Origin: Saprospiraceae bacterium
GTDB taxonomy: Bacteria > Bacteroidota > Bacteroidia > Chitinophagales > Saprospiraceae
Assembly (NCBI GenBank): GCA_016787545.1
Contig: JAEUUS010000144.1
Span: 1 to 59,571, forward strand
Length of the DNA: 59,571 nucleotides
Reading direction: 5' to 3'
A program made the position numbers and the translations under genes. Below, piece after piece: positions 41,652 to 50,806 of this stretch. How positions within the stretch are numbered: the first letter of the stretch is position 1; the number at the start of each line of letters is the position of its first letter. The notes under the pieces are model-generated. The model was not told the origin of the DNA. It did not search any database and saw nothing but the letters and a program-made list of their open reading frames with translations.

Positions 41652-43877
41652 TTACTGCTCTGAAGTCATGATATCGGTCAACACTGTTTCATAAGTGCGC
41701 TTCCATTGAGAAACTTCACCCCAGTGCTCACCATCAATCACCACCGCATTTCCTTTTACTACACCCAATTTTTCACATGCTACGTTCTGCGATTGCAAAA
41801 GTCGCTCAAATTCTTCAATTTGGGTTGTCCGCACGCTGACAACTACCCGGCTTTGCGCCTCGCCAAAAAGCCAGGCATCCTTCCGGATTCCATCGCGCGA
41901 CTGAACTTCAAAGCCCAAACCACGTGGCATAGCACTTTCAATAAGGTTGGCCAAAACGCCGCCATCGCTTACATCATGTGCCGATTGTACCAAATTCCGA
42001 CTAATCAACGCTTTAACGGCCTGTTGGATGGCAAACTCCTCCTCCAGATCGAAATGCGGACAAGGACTGAACTCTACGCTCAATACGCCGCGCAGGTATT
42101 CACTGCTGCCCAAGTCGTTCCTGCTGGTACCAATCAGGTAAATGGCATCTCCTTCCGATTTGAAATCGAGGGTCATGATGCGATTGAAATCGTCCAGCAA
42201 ACCCAGCATACCAATGGTTGGCGTTGGATACACCGGAATGGTCTGGCCTGCTTTGGTATATTGGTTGTAAAAACTCACGTTACCGCCCGTAACCGGTGTT
42301 TCAAACTTGCGGCAGGCATCGCCCATGCCGCGAATGGCTTCTGCAAACTGGTAGTATACCTCCGGGTTGTACGGGTTGCCAAAGTTCAGGCAGTTGGTGA
42401 TGGCCACCGGTTCGCCGCCGGCGCAAACGATATTACGCGCAGCTTCTGAAACCGCAATCATGCCACCCTTGTGCGGATCGGCAAAAACGTAAGAAGAGTT
42501 ACAATCAGTGGTCAGTGCCAGGGCTTTTTCGGTCCCTTTTACGTACACCACAGCGGCATCGGAAGGCCTGTTGGTGGTCATGGTACCCGTGCGAACCATG
42601 GAATCGTACTGACGGGTGATCCAGTTTTTGGAAGCCAGGTTTGGAGAGTTCCACAATTTATGGGCAGCCGCTTTCAAATCTGTTGCCACCGGGATTTGAT
42701 CCAGGTTGAATTTGGCGATTTCATTGAGGTAATCCGGACGTTTTTGCTCGCGCACATACACAGGCGCGCCTCCGCCCAGCACGAGCGGGTCGGCTGGTAC
42801 TTCTGCGGCCAGTTTACCTTCGTAGTGATATTGTAGGATGTCGCCTTCTATAGTTTCACCAATTTCGGCGCAAGGGAGGTCCCATTTTTCGTAAATGGAC
42901 AAAATTTCGCCTTCGCGACCAGGTACTACCACGATCAGCATGCGCTCCTGACTTTCGGAGAGCAAAATTTCCCAATCTTTCATATTGGCCTGGCGGGTAG
43001 GCACCTTGCTCAGGTCGATGCGCATACCACAACCGGCCTTGGCGCTCATTTCAGAGGTAGAGCAGGTGATACCAGCCGCTCCCATATCCTGCATACCCAC
43101 TACAGCGCCGGTTTTGATGGCTTCCAGCGTTGCTTCCAGCAGTAATTTCTCCTGGAAGGGGTCGCCCACCTGAACGGCCGGCAAATCTTCGTGGGAATCT
43201 TCGCTCAAATCTGCGGAGGCGAAAGTTGCGCCGTGGATACCGTCTTTGCCGGTTGCAGACCCCACAATAAACACCTTGTTGCCCGGGCCTCCAGCGGTTG
43301 CGCTCACGGTTTCACCGGCTTTCACAATACCGGCCGACATAGCGTTAACCAGAATATCGTGGTTGTAACAGGGCATGAAATACACCTCCCCGCCAACCGT
43401 TGGCACACCAAAACAGTTGCCGTAATCGCCAATGCCTTTTACTACACCACGCACCAGATTTTTCATCCGAGGGTTATCGGGCGTCCCGAAACGCAGGGAG
43501 TTCAGGGATGCAATGGGACGGGCGCCCATGGTAAAGATGTCGCGGTGAATGCCTCCAACCCCTGTTGCTGCCCCCTGGTAGGGTTCGATGGCAGAAGGGT
43601 GGTTGTGACTCTCAATTTTGAACACGCATCCGAGACCGCCGCCGATATCCACCAGTCCTGCATTTTCTTCACCGGCCGCTACCAGCAGGCGTTTGCCGCT
43701 TCGTGGAAGGGTTTTGAGTTGCAGAATGGAATTTTTGTACGAGCAGTGTTCACTCCACATCACCGAAAAAATGCTGAGCTCGGTGAAGTTGGGCAAACGG
43801 CCCAGAATTTGCTGGATTTTGTCAAATTCTTCGGCAGTAAGGCCGAGGCTTTTTGCTGTTTCGACGGATACGTCCAT
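41652..43877 (-). CDS. purL: Phosphoribosylformylglycinamidine synthase subunit PurL
   Basis: 741 aa. Duplicated AIR-synthase-like domains (ESHNHPSAIEPYQGAATGVGGIHRDI, DCNSSY...). Confidence 0.96.
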   Translation of the reverse strand: MDVSVETAKSLGLTAEEFDKIQQILGRLPNFTELSIFSVMWSEHCSYKNSILQLKTLPRSGKRLLVAAGEENAGLVDIGGGLGCVFKIESHNHPSAIEPYQGAATGVGGIHRDIFTMGARPIASLNSLRFGTPDNPRMKNLVRGVVKGIGDYGNCFGVPTVGGEVYFMPCYNHDILVNAMSAGIVKAGETVSATAGGPGNKVFIVGSATGKDGIHGATFASADLSEDSHEDLPAVQVGDPFQEKLLLEATLEAIKTGAVVGMQDMGAAGITCSTSEMSAKAGCGMRIDLSKVPTRQANMKDWEILLSESQERMLIVVVPGREGEILSIYEKWDLPCAEIGETIEGDILQYHYEGKLAAEVPADPLVLGGGAPVYVREQKRPDYLNEIAKFNLDQIPVATDLKAAAHKLWNSPNLASKNWITRQYDSMVRTGTMTTNRPSDAAVVYVKGTEKALALTTDCNSSYVFADPHKGGMIAVSEAARNIVCAGGEPVAITNCLNFGNPYNPEVYYQFAEAIRGMGDACRKFETPVTGGNVSFYNQYTKAGQTIPVYPTPTIGMLGLLDDFNRIMTLDFKSEGDAIYLIGTSRNDLGSSEYLRGVLSVEFSPCPHFDLEEEFAIQQAVKALISRNLVQSAHDVSDGGVLANLIESAMPRGLGFEVQSRDGIRKDAWLFGEAQSRVVVSVRTTQIEEFERLLQSQNVACEKLGVVKGNAVVIDGEHWGEVSQWKRTYETVLTDIMTSEQ

Positions 43878-43940
43878 GAAATAATTGAGCGAGTGGCCGG
43901 ATGCTTCTTAAACTCCGGACCGAGTTAGTGTAAGAAGCCG

Positions 43941-43948
43941 CAAAATTA
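43941..43948 (-). promoter_or_regulatory. Candidate -7 box for purL (TAATTTTG on the minus strand)
   Basis: Exact TAnnTTTG match 64 nt upstream of the purL ATG. A TTGG lies 21 nt further upstream. Confidence 0.35.
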
Positions 43949-44019
43949 GTACGAATCAGCCGAAGGCAGCCAAGAACAGGTCCAAAACTTGTAATTTTCT
44001 TTTTTGAAGTACCTCTATC

Positions 44020-44055
44020 AAAAAAATGGCCTCGTGCGAAGGGTTGCACGAGGCC
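44020..44055 (-). terminator. Orphan minus-strand rho-independent terminator in a divergent intergenic region
   Basis: The minus strand reads GGCCTCGTGC-AACCCTTC-GCACGAGGCC-A-TTTTTTT. The stem is 10 bp and GC-rich. No minus-strand CDS lies upstream of it. Confidence 0.55.
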
Positions 44056-44167
44056 GGGGGAATAAGCGTACGAAAGGTTAAATTTTTAGAAGCTGGTTTG
44101 AAACGTCGGTATCATCATGCACTTTAGGAAAGAAATGTGAACTTTGCCCCTGTATTTTTTTACCATC

Positions 44168-44758
44168 ATGATCATAGTCCAGGATAAACTCGTATCAGAT
44201 GATGTTGTAGAACAACAATTCATCTGCAACCTCTCTGCCTGCAAAGGGGCCTGTTGCTGGGAAGGCGATTTTGGCGCGCCCCTTGAAAAGGATGAACTGC
44301 CTGTTTTAGAAGCGCTTTTGGAAAAAGTCAAACCTTTTTTGAGCCCTGCAGGCATTGCAGCCATTGAAACTCAGGGACCATATCAATGGTTTGAAGGCAT
44401 GCAGGAACATGGAACTACCCTGATTGATGGCGGCCCTTGTGCTTACATGACCTACGACGCACTGGGTATTGCCCAATGTGGTATAGAAATGGCCTGGAAA
44501 GCCGGAGAAATTAGTTTTCAAAAACCTATTTCCTGTCATCTCTACCCTATCCGTATTGCCAAATACGAACATTTTGATTCGGAAGCGCTCAATTATGACC
44601 GCTGGGATATTTGTTCTGCTGCCTGTGCCTTGGGGGAAAAAGAGCAGGTTCCCGTATATCGATTTTTAAAAGATGCCATTATCCGGAAATACGGTGAAGC
44701 CTTTTACGAAGAATTGGATGGCGCTGCGAAGTTTTTACAGGAACAAAACGGCAAATGA
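44168..44758 (+). CDS. DUF3109-family Cys-rich protein
   Basis: Start at MIIVQDKLVSDDVVEQQFICNLSACKGACC, the typical N-terminus of this family. The TTG at 44144 in the ORF track is probably upstream read-through. Confidence 0.8.
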   Translation: MIIVQDKLVSDDVVEQQFICNLSACKGACCWEGDFGAPLEKDELPVLEALLEKVKPFLSPAGIAAIETQGPYQWFEGMQEHGTTLIDGGPCAYMTYDALGIAQCGIEMAWKAGEISFQKPISCHLYPIRIAKYEHFDSEALNYDRWDICSAACALGEKEQVPVYRFLKDAIIRKYGEAFYEELDGAAKFLQEQNGK

Positions 44759-44864
44759 GATACCCCTGCACGAACGGAACCCGATAAATCGACATAAACC
44801 GGTGATGATGAACCTTTTAATACGGCATTACGTTTCATTTTGTTTGATCAAACACTAATCAGCC

Positions 44865-45743
44865 TTGCCAGACTCCTCCGTCATTTTACCCTCCAGACTC
44901 AAACTCATTGAGTGCCCGCGTGATGCCATGCAGGGGCTGCACAATTTTATTCCAACCGACGTAAAAGCCGCTTATATCAATCAATTGTTACGAGTGGGTT
45001 TTGACACCCTGGATTTCGGATCGTTTGTGAGTCCAAAAGCGATACCTCAAATGCGGGACACTGCTGAAGTGTTATCTAAACTCGATTTACAAAAAACCAA
45101 TACCAAACTTTTGGCCATAGTTGCCAACGAAAGAGGTGCAGAAGAAGCCTGCCAACATCCTGAAATTCAATACCTTGGATATCCATTTAGCATCAGTGAA
45201 ACCTTTCAGCAACGCAATACCAATGCCAGTATCGCAGAAAGTGTGGAGCGGACCAAATTCATTCAGGAGCTTTGTCAAAAAAACGGAAAAGAGCTTGTAT
45301 TGTACATATCTATGGGTTTTGGAAACCCTTATGGCGATCCCTGGAATGTAGAAACCGTGCAGCAATGGGTGAACACGCTGGTTCCTTTAGGCATCCGCAT
45401 TTTCTCCCTCTCGGATACCATCGGCTGTTCCAATCCTCAAAATATTTCTTATCTTTTCAGCAACCTCATTCCAGCGTATCCGGAGGTGGAATTTGGTGCG
45501 CACCTGCATACCCAGCCTCATAATTGGCGGGAAAAAGTGGAGGCCGCATGGCTCAGCGGATGCAGGCGTTTTGATGGCGCTTTACGCGGATTTGGCGGAT
45601 GCCCTATGGCCAAAGACGACCTGACAGGCAATATGGCTATGGAAAATCTGGTATTTTTCCTGGACGACCAGGGCATTGAACCCGGACTTGACCGATCTGC
45701 TTTCGGACGTAGTTTGCGGATGGCTGATGAAGTATTTCAATAG
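44865..45743 (+). CDS. Hydroxymethylglutaryl-CoA lyase
   Basis: 292 aa. IECPRDAMQG, DTIG and the HxH metal ligands (GAHLHTQ) of the HMGL-like TIM barrel. TTG start; the exact start is uncertain. Confidence 0.88.
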   Translation: MPDSSVILPSRLKLIECPRDAMQGLHNFIPTDVKAAYINQLLRVGFDTLDFGSFVSPKAIPQMRDTAEVLSKLDLQKTNTKLLAIVANERGAEEACQHPEIQYLGYPFSISETFQQRNTNASIAESVERTKFIQELCQKNGKELVLYISMGFGNPYGDPWNVETVQQWVNTLVPLGIRIFSLSDTIGCSNPQNISYLFSNLIPAYPEVEFGAHLHTQPHNWREKVEAAWLSGCRRFDGALRGFGGCPMAKDDLTGNMAMENLVFFLDDQGIEPGLDRSAFGRSLRMADEVFQ

Positions 45744-45757
45744 ACTTACCACAGCAC

Positions 45758-46867
45758 ATGAAAATCGTGATATTGAGCCCAGCCTATCCCCTGCGTGGCG
45801 GCATTGCTGCCTCCTCGGAGCGTTTGGCACTGGCACTTCAAGATGAGGGTCATGAAGTGGTTATTTATTCCTTTTCACTGCAATACCCGGCCTTTCTTTT
45901 TCCCGGAAAAACCCAATTGACTGACGATCCTGCACCGGAAAATATCCACATTAAAACGAGATTGAATTCAATCAATCCATTCAACTGGGTGACTACCGGA
46001 CTTGAATTGGCCCGAGAAAAACCCGACCGTATAATCGTCCGGTTCTGGCTCCCCTTTATGGGCCCGAGCTTGGGCACAACGCTACGCATCGCCCGGTGGT
46101 TCTCCAGGAAAAAATGGCACGTTACGGCATTGGTAGACAATATTATCCCGCATGAAAAACGGTTTGGCGACCGGCTTTTTGCGCGTTGGTTTGTGGGGGC
46201 TTGCGATGATTTTGTGGTCATGTCGAAATCTGTTGGTGAAGAAATTCGGCAATTTACCCGGAAAAAGGTGCGGTTTTCGCCACACCCGGTGTACGATACC
46301 TATGGCGCCCCGGTGGATGCGTTGGAAGCACGAAAAGAACTCCATTTGCCGTCAAACAGCCCTTTGGTCCTGTTTTTCGGATTTATCCGGAAATATAAAG
46401 GCCTGGACTTATTGCTGGAAGCCTTACACCATACCCCGCCCAACATTCATGCTGTAGTAGCAGGTGAATGTTATGAAGATTGGGCCTTTTATCAGGAAAT
46501 CATAGACCGTCATGGCCTGAAAGACCGCGTGCATGTATTCCAGGATTTTATTCCGGCCGATTTGGTAAGATGGTATTTTTCAGCCGCTGATCTGGTGGTC
46601 CAACCCTACCGGACCGCCACGCAAAGTGGCATTTCCCAGATTGCTTATCATTTTGAAACGCCCATGGTGGTTACCCAGGTTGGCGGACTGCCGGAGATAG
46701 TTACCCATGGTGTTTCTGGATATGTGGTTGCTCCGGAGTCGGAGGCCATTGCAGAAGCTATGCGCGATTTTTTTGCAGAAAACAAGCAAAAAGGCATGAT
46801 AGAAGGGGTAAAAGCAGAAAAAAAGCGATTTTCCTGGGAAGCACTGGTAGAAAAATTATTGGCTTAG
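45758..46867 (+). CDS. Glycosyltransferase family 4 (GT-B)
   Basis: 369 aa. C-terminal GT1/GT4 motif (SAADLVVQPYRTATQSGISQIAYHFETPMVVTQVGGLPE). Confidence 0.88.
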   Translation: MKIVILSPAYPLRGGIAASSERLALALQDEGHEVVIYSFSLQYPAFLFPGKTQLTDDPAPENIHIKTRLNSINPFNWVTTGLELAREKPDRIIVRFWLPFMGPSLGTTLRIARWFSRKKWHVTALVDNIIPHEKRFGDRLFARWFVGACDDFVVMSKSVGEEIRQFTRKKVRFSPHPVYDTYGAPVDALEARKELHLPSNSPLVLFFGFIRKYKGLDLLLEALHHTPPNIHAVVAGECYEDWAFYQEIIDRHGLKDRVHVFQDFIPADLVRWYFSAADLVVQPYRTATQSGISQIAYHFETPMVVTQVGGLPEIVTHGVSGYVVAPESEAIAEAMRDFFAENKQKGMIEGVKAEKKRFSWEALVEKLLA

Positions 46868-46931
46868 GACAACCACTTATTAGGTTTTGAACGTCAGGCA
46901 GCTACAATTCATCACCAACTTCTGCCTCAAT

Positions 46932-47594
46932 ATGAAAAATGTACTCCTGGCTTGGGCCTTACTTTCAGCCCTGACAAGCTTTGCTCAATCCAATGATAAC
47001 ACCACTCAAGCAACTCCGGAAAAATTCAGCCTGGGCCTGATTGGCGGCGGAACTATTACCGACATGCCATTCACCCAGCCTTTTTATGTAGACGGAGAGA
47101 ATATCAATACCAATAACGAATTCGGTTTTTACCTGGGTATTGCCGCTCGTCAGCCGCTTCGAAACCGGTTTTCGGCTATTTTAGAAGCACAATATGCCGT
47201 GAAAGGGTTCCGGTTTGCGACCTCCCCGTTGGAAAACAGGTTCCATTTTCATTACCTCGATTTTATTCCCCAGGTTGAGTATCGGGCATTTCAGGAACTT
47301 CACGTATCCCTGGGAGGATATTGGGGTAGAAAACTGGAGGAGCGGTTCAAAGAAGGAGACGGAGATTGGAATATATTGGATGAAAACACCTTTGAATATG
47401 CGGAAGACAATGATTTTGGGGCTGTAGCCGGGATATCCTGGCGACACAATCGAGTTTCCGCCCTACTTCGATATCAACATGGTATAAACCTCACAAGCAA
47501 AGGCATTGAATATACCAATGCCAACGGCGAAACAATCAACATGAGTCAAAGAAACCGGACGCTGACCCTGGGAATTGGATTTACCATTCTGTAG
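46932..47594 (+). CDS. Outer-membrane beta-barrel (porin-family) protein
   Basis: Start at MKNVLLAWALLSALTSFAQ. Alternating amphipathic strands, with a C-terminal aromatic-rich last strand (LTLGIGFTIL). Confidence 0.75.
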   Translation: MKNVLLAWALLSALTSFAQSNDNTTQATPEKFSLGLIGGGTITDMPFTQPFYVDGENINTNNEFGFYLGIAARQPLRNRFSAILEAQYAVKGFRFATSPLENRFHFHYLDFIPQVEYRAFQELHVSLGGYWGRKLEERFKEGDGDWNILDENTFEYAEDNDFGAVAGISWRHNRVSALLRYQHGINLTSKGIEYTNANGETINMSQRNRTLTLGIGFTIL

Positions 47595-47617
47595 GTCATT
47601 TTACCGTATAAACACGA

Positions 47618-47657
47618 AGAGGGCGCCAGGAATACACTCCTGAGCGCCCTCTCTTTT
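47618..47657 (+). terminator. Rho-independent terminator
   Basis: agagggcgc at 47618-47626 pairs with gcgccctct at 47644-47652, followed by cTTTT. It lies 24 nt after the stop at 47594. Confidence 0.55.
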
Positions 47658-47663
47658 GGCTTG

Positions 47664-47736
47664 TGATCCCGACAGGGGTCGAACCTGTAGCCTACAGATT
47701 AGAAATCTGTTGCACTATCCATTGTGCTACGGGACC
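47664..47736 (-). tRNA. tRNA-Arg (anticodon TCT)
   Basis: The reverse complement folds as GGTCCCG-TA-GCAC-AATGGATA-GTGC-A-ACAGA-TTTCTAA-TCTGT-AGGCT-ACAGG-TTCGACC-CCTGT-CGGGATC-A. 73 nt, 7-bp acceptor stem (one G-U), T-loop TTCGACC, no encoded CCA. Confidence 0.93.
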
Positions 47737-47802
47737 AATTCCGGTGCAAAAGTAAAAACTCGTTCGGAAAGTTCCGCTTACCTTTCGGGCAAAACTATTT
47801 TT

Positions 47803-48492
47803 ATGTCCACATCGGTTTCCAACGTACAAATAGAAGAGGGCTGGAAACAGGCACTTGCGCCCGAATTTCAACAACCCTATTTTGCGGAAATCAAGGCTTT
47901 TTTGCTGGCTGAAAAACAGGCCGGTAAAACCATTTATCCGCCTGGACCATTGATTTTCAATGCCTTTAATAAAACACCCTTTGAAAAAGTCAAGGTTGTT
48001 ATACTTGGTCAGGATCCTTATCACAACCCTGGCGAAGCAATGGGTTTGTGTTTTTCCGTTCCCCTCGGAATCAAAACGCCACCCTCGTTGATAAATATTT
48101 ACAAAGAGATAAAAAACAGTCTGGGTATTGATCCACCGGCCCACGGCGATCTAAGTTCCTGGACTAATCAGGGAGTTTTACTGCTCAATGCTATGCTTAC
48201 AGTGGAGGCTCGAAAACCTGCAAGTCACCAGAAAATTGGCTGGCAAACCTTTACAGATGCGGTTATCCGAACTATTTCCGAACAGAAAAACGGGGTGGTA
48301 TTTATGCTTTGGGGCAATTTTGCACGATCAAAAAAAATGTTGATTGATGCAAGCCGTCATTATGTGCTGGAAGCGGCTCACCCTTCACCATTAGCCGGCA
48401 ATGCATTTCAGGGATGCGGACATTTTACCCGGGCCAACGAAATTCTGGTGAAAGATAACAAAGCGCCGATAAACTGGGCTTTGCCTGCCTGA
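47803..48492 (+). CDS. ung: Uracil-DNA glycosylase (family 1)
   Basis: Start at MSTSVSNVQIEEGWKQAL (47803). Catalytic GQDPYH, PPSL and HPSPL motifs. The longer ORF-track start runs through the tRNA. Confidence 0.95.
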   Translation: MSTSVSNVQIEEGWKQALAPEFQQPYFAEIKAFLLAEKQAGKTIYPPGPLIFNAFNKTPFEKVKVVILGQDPYHNPGEAMGLCFSVPLGIKTPPSLINIYKEIKNSLGIDPPAHGDLSSWTNQGVLLLNAMLTVEARKPASHQKIGWQTFTDAVIRTISEQKNGVVFMLWGNFARSKKMLIDASRHYVLEAAHPSPLAGNAFQGCGHFTRANEILVKDNKAPINWALPA

Positions 48493-48972
48493 TTACCATT
48501 TCGGGATCAGCCAAAAGCGCGTCAAATCCACCCAGCGCCATTTCGATTTGCCAAATCTTTTGCTGGAATTTGGCCAGATATCTGAAGGCGGCGCTTCTCC
48601 AAAAGTTTCCTGATAACGCTTAAGGGTATCGCTGTAAAATTGGGCAAATTTTCCCTGCTCCTTTTTCCCACCCTCCGTTGGTGCATGGTGCAAAGGCTGC
48701 TGCAACACCTCACCACAAAAATCCTCCCAGTACAACTTACTATAAATCAAGTGCAAATGCCATACCTGGTCTACCTCCTCTGAAGGTGTAAGCGCTGTTG
48801 TTCCGGTACATGCCAGGTACATAAAGCGTTTGTATTCCTCAATAGCCCGAAGTGCAAATCGTCGGTTCCAGCCATTTTCCCTGGCCAAACGCTGGGAAAA
48901 GCTCAGTTCCACCCCTGGTTTGTCCGGGTGATAGGTACTTATACGTTGCCATAAAGGGTCTGATGTGTACAT
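48493..48972 (-). CDS. GRDP-like (glycine-rich-domain protein / DUF1399-like) protein, function unknown
   Basis: 159 aa. The core TPSEEVDQVWHLHLIYSKLYWEDFC matches the TPSxxVDxxWHxHxL signature I associate with this family. Its stop codon abuts the ung stop with no gap. Confidence 0.7.
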   Translation of the reverse strand: MYTSDPLWQRISTYHPDKPGVELSFSQRLARENGWNRRFALRAIEEYKRFMYLACTGTTALTPSEEVDQVWHLHLIYSKLYWEDFCGEVLQQPLHHAPTEGGKKEQGKFAQFYSDTLKRYQETFGEAPPSDIWPNSSKRFGKSKWRWVDLTRFWLIPKW

Positions 48973-48988
48973 AAGGTTGAATGTTTAA

Positions 48989-49990
48989 CTAATCTCCGCC
49001 GCCACCACAACCTCCACAGCCACTGCAACCACCGCCGTCTCCGCCATCACCACCATCACCACCATCACCGGCGCCATCGCCTGAATCCGATCCAACACCG
49101 GTATCACTGGTATCAGCATCAACGCCATCCAGAAAATCTGCATCGTTTTGCCAATCAGAGCCATTATCTGATGAATTTTCTGACTCTGTGCTTTCTTCTG
49201 ACTCTCTGTTTGGAGTATCACTCCCAGCATCTCCGCTTCCATAGGAATCATCAGATTTTCGGCGCAAATCATCCATTTCTGTGTCCAAATATCCAACATG
49301 TTCAAACAAATGACCAAAATACCCCTCAATACCCGGAATCAACAGGACCAGTCCAGCGAGTTGTGCCGCCACAGCAGCGGCATTAGAAGATTTTTCCCGT
49401 AGTAGTCGCGGCAGATCATGCCCTTTTTGTATTTCCGTTCGGGCTTGATATAGCAGAGCATCCCCCGCCGCAGTTCTAACCGGTTGCTTGTCTGGGCCAT
49501 ATTCCACCAACCCTTTTTTAACTAGACCGCCGATCAGAAATTCCTGGTGGAAGCTTGCGTTATTAGGAAAATACAACCCTAAATGCTTACGCCATTCTTT
49601 ACTGGTGCAGTGATCCTGATCATTCGGTCGAGCATCGGATATTGTTTTTAACATCCGCATCAAAGTAGACGCGTTTTGCCTTGACTGGCTTAGCTTATTC
49701 TTACCTTCAACGCTGATGTACAGTAATGTTTGGTCTTTTCTGGCTTCTATAACGTAAGCCAGAATCAAAAAACCAAGAACAGTGCCAATGGCAAAATGTA
49801 CGGCAAATCCACCAATAGCCAATACGGCAAATAACCACAAACCCGAATGAATGGGTCTTTTCCCTCTTCTGGTATTCACCCAGCCGAGTAAAATCAGTTC
49901 TTTTAAAAATAGGGAAAGCGCCAGTTTGACCTGCTCTGTTTGCGGTTCTTCCAGCGTTTTAATTTCAGCTGCAGAAAGTTTGAACTCCAT
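48989..49990 (-). CDS. Membrane protein with an acidic Ser/Asp/Gly region and a C-terminal Gly/Cys tail (TIGR04222-like)
   Basis: 333 aa with TM helices (LWLFAVLAIGGFAVHFAIGTVLGFLILAYVI and AAQLAGLVLLIPGI). The tail reads ...GDGGDGGDGGDGGGCSGCGGCGGGGD. It lies 16 nt upstream of the GRDP-like gene. Confidence 0.7.
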   Translation of the reverse strand: MEFKLSAAEIKTLEEPQTEQVKLALSLFLKELILLGWVNTRRGKRPIHSGLWLFAVLAIGGFAVHFAIGTVLGFLILAYVIEARKDQTLLYISVEGKNKLSQSRQNASTLMRMLKTISDARPNDQDHCTSKEWRKHLGLYFPNNASFHQEFLIGGLVKKGLVEYGPDKQPVRTAAGDALLYQARTEIQKGHDLPRLLREKSSNAAAVAAQLAGLVLLIPGIEGYFGHLFEHVGYLDTEMDDLRRKSDDSYGSGDAGSDTPNRESEESTESENSSDNGSDWQNDADFLDGVDADTSDTGVGSDSGDGAGDGGDGGDGGDGGGCSGCGGCGGGGD

Positions 49991-50227
49991 GGGTAAAAGG
50001 CTGTTCTAAGGGTGTGTTGTACAAAAATAACGGTCTTCGGGCAATCCGAGCTTTCGTTTAGACAAATGGCCTTGTTTTTGCGATAATTCTGCAGGCAACC
50101 ATCAAATAGAATTTCACCATCATACGTTTAGGATGTTGGTTGCTCATCCCTAAAAAATTTTGTTTTTTTTTCAGGATCAGGCAACCAAAATTTGCCTATT
50201 CACACCAAACATTTTGTTCAAACCAAC

Positions 50228-50773
50228 ATGCATCAATTCAGCGATCAGGAACTTGTAAGCGGCATCTTAAAAGGTAGTGCTGCACACCAATCGGCGCTAT
50301 ACCATCAGTTTAGCGTACCGATGTTCCGGATTCTATTGCGGTATGCCAAAGACAGAGCGGAGGCGGAGGACATGCTGCAGGACGGATTTGTAAGAGTTTA
50401 TCGGGATATGGCTCAGTTTCGCGGTGATGGCGCCCTGGGAGGTTGGATTCGTCGGATTATGGTAAATACGGCGCTTAGCCACCTGCGTAAACAGCGTGAT
50501 TTTGTGAAAGACGTTCCCGATTTTAATGTTTTTGAAAGCAAATTTCATACGGAAGAGGATTTTGCTTCTAATCTGGACGCAGAAACGCTGTTGTCCTATT
50601 TACAAAAATTGCCGCCCGGTTACAGAACGGTATTCAACTTTTACGCCATTGAAGGCTTCAGCCACGAGGAAATCGCGGAACAATTAGGCATCAGCATTGG
50701 CACCAGTAAAAGTCAGTTGTACAAAGCCCGGGAGTTTTTGAAAAAAATCCTGGATAAATCATTTATCTCCTGA
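50228..50773 (+). CDS. ECF-type RNA polymerase sigma-70 factor
   Basis: Start at MHQFSDQELV. Region 2 (EDMLQDGFVRVY) and region 4 HTH (GFSHEEIAEQLGISIGTSKSQLYKARE). Confidence 0.92.
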   Translation: MHQFSDQELVSGILKGSAAHQSALYHQFSVPMFRILLRYAKDRAEAEDMLQDGFVRVYRDMAQFRGDGALGGWIRRIMVNTALSHLRKQRDFVKDVPDFNVFESKFHTEEDFASNLDAETLLSYLQKLPPGYRTVFNFYAIEGFSHEEIAEQLGISIGTSKSQLYKAREFLKKILDKSFIS

Positions 50774-50806
50774 CCATATTCTCCAAAAAAACCCACTATT
50801 CAACCC

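Noticed and set aside
43878-44167. Purine/ZTP-type riboswitch in the purL leader
   Set aside because: The region upstream of the hairpin is AT-rich and unstructured. I could not find pfl/ZTP- or purine-aptamer-like conserved stems. A good -7 box lies downstream of the terminator, which argues against attenuation.
47656-47802. Long form of the ung ORF starting at 47656
   Set aside because: The extension runs antisense through tRNA-Arg (47664-47736). The conserved UDG N-terminus begins at the ATG at 47803.
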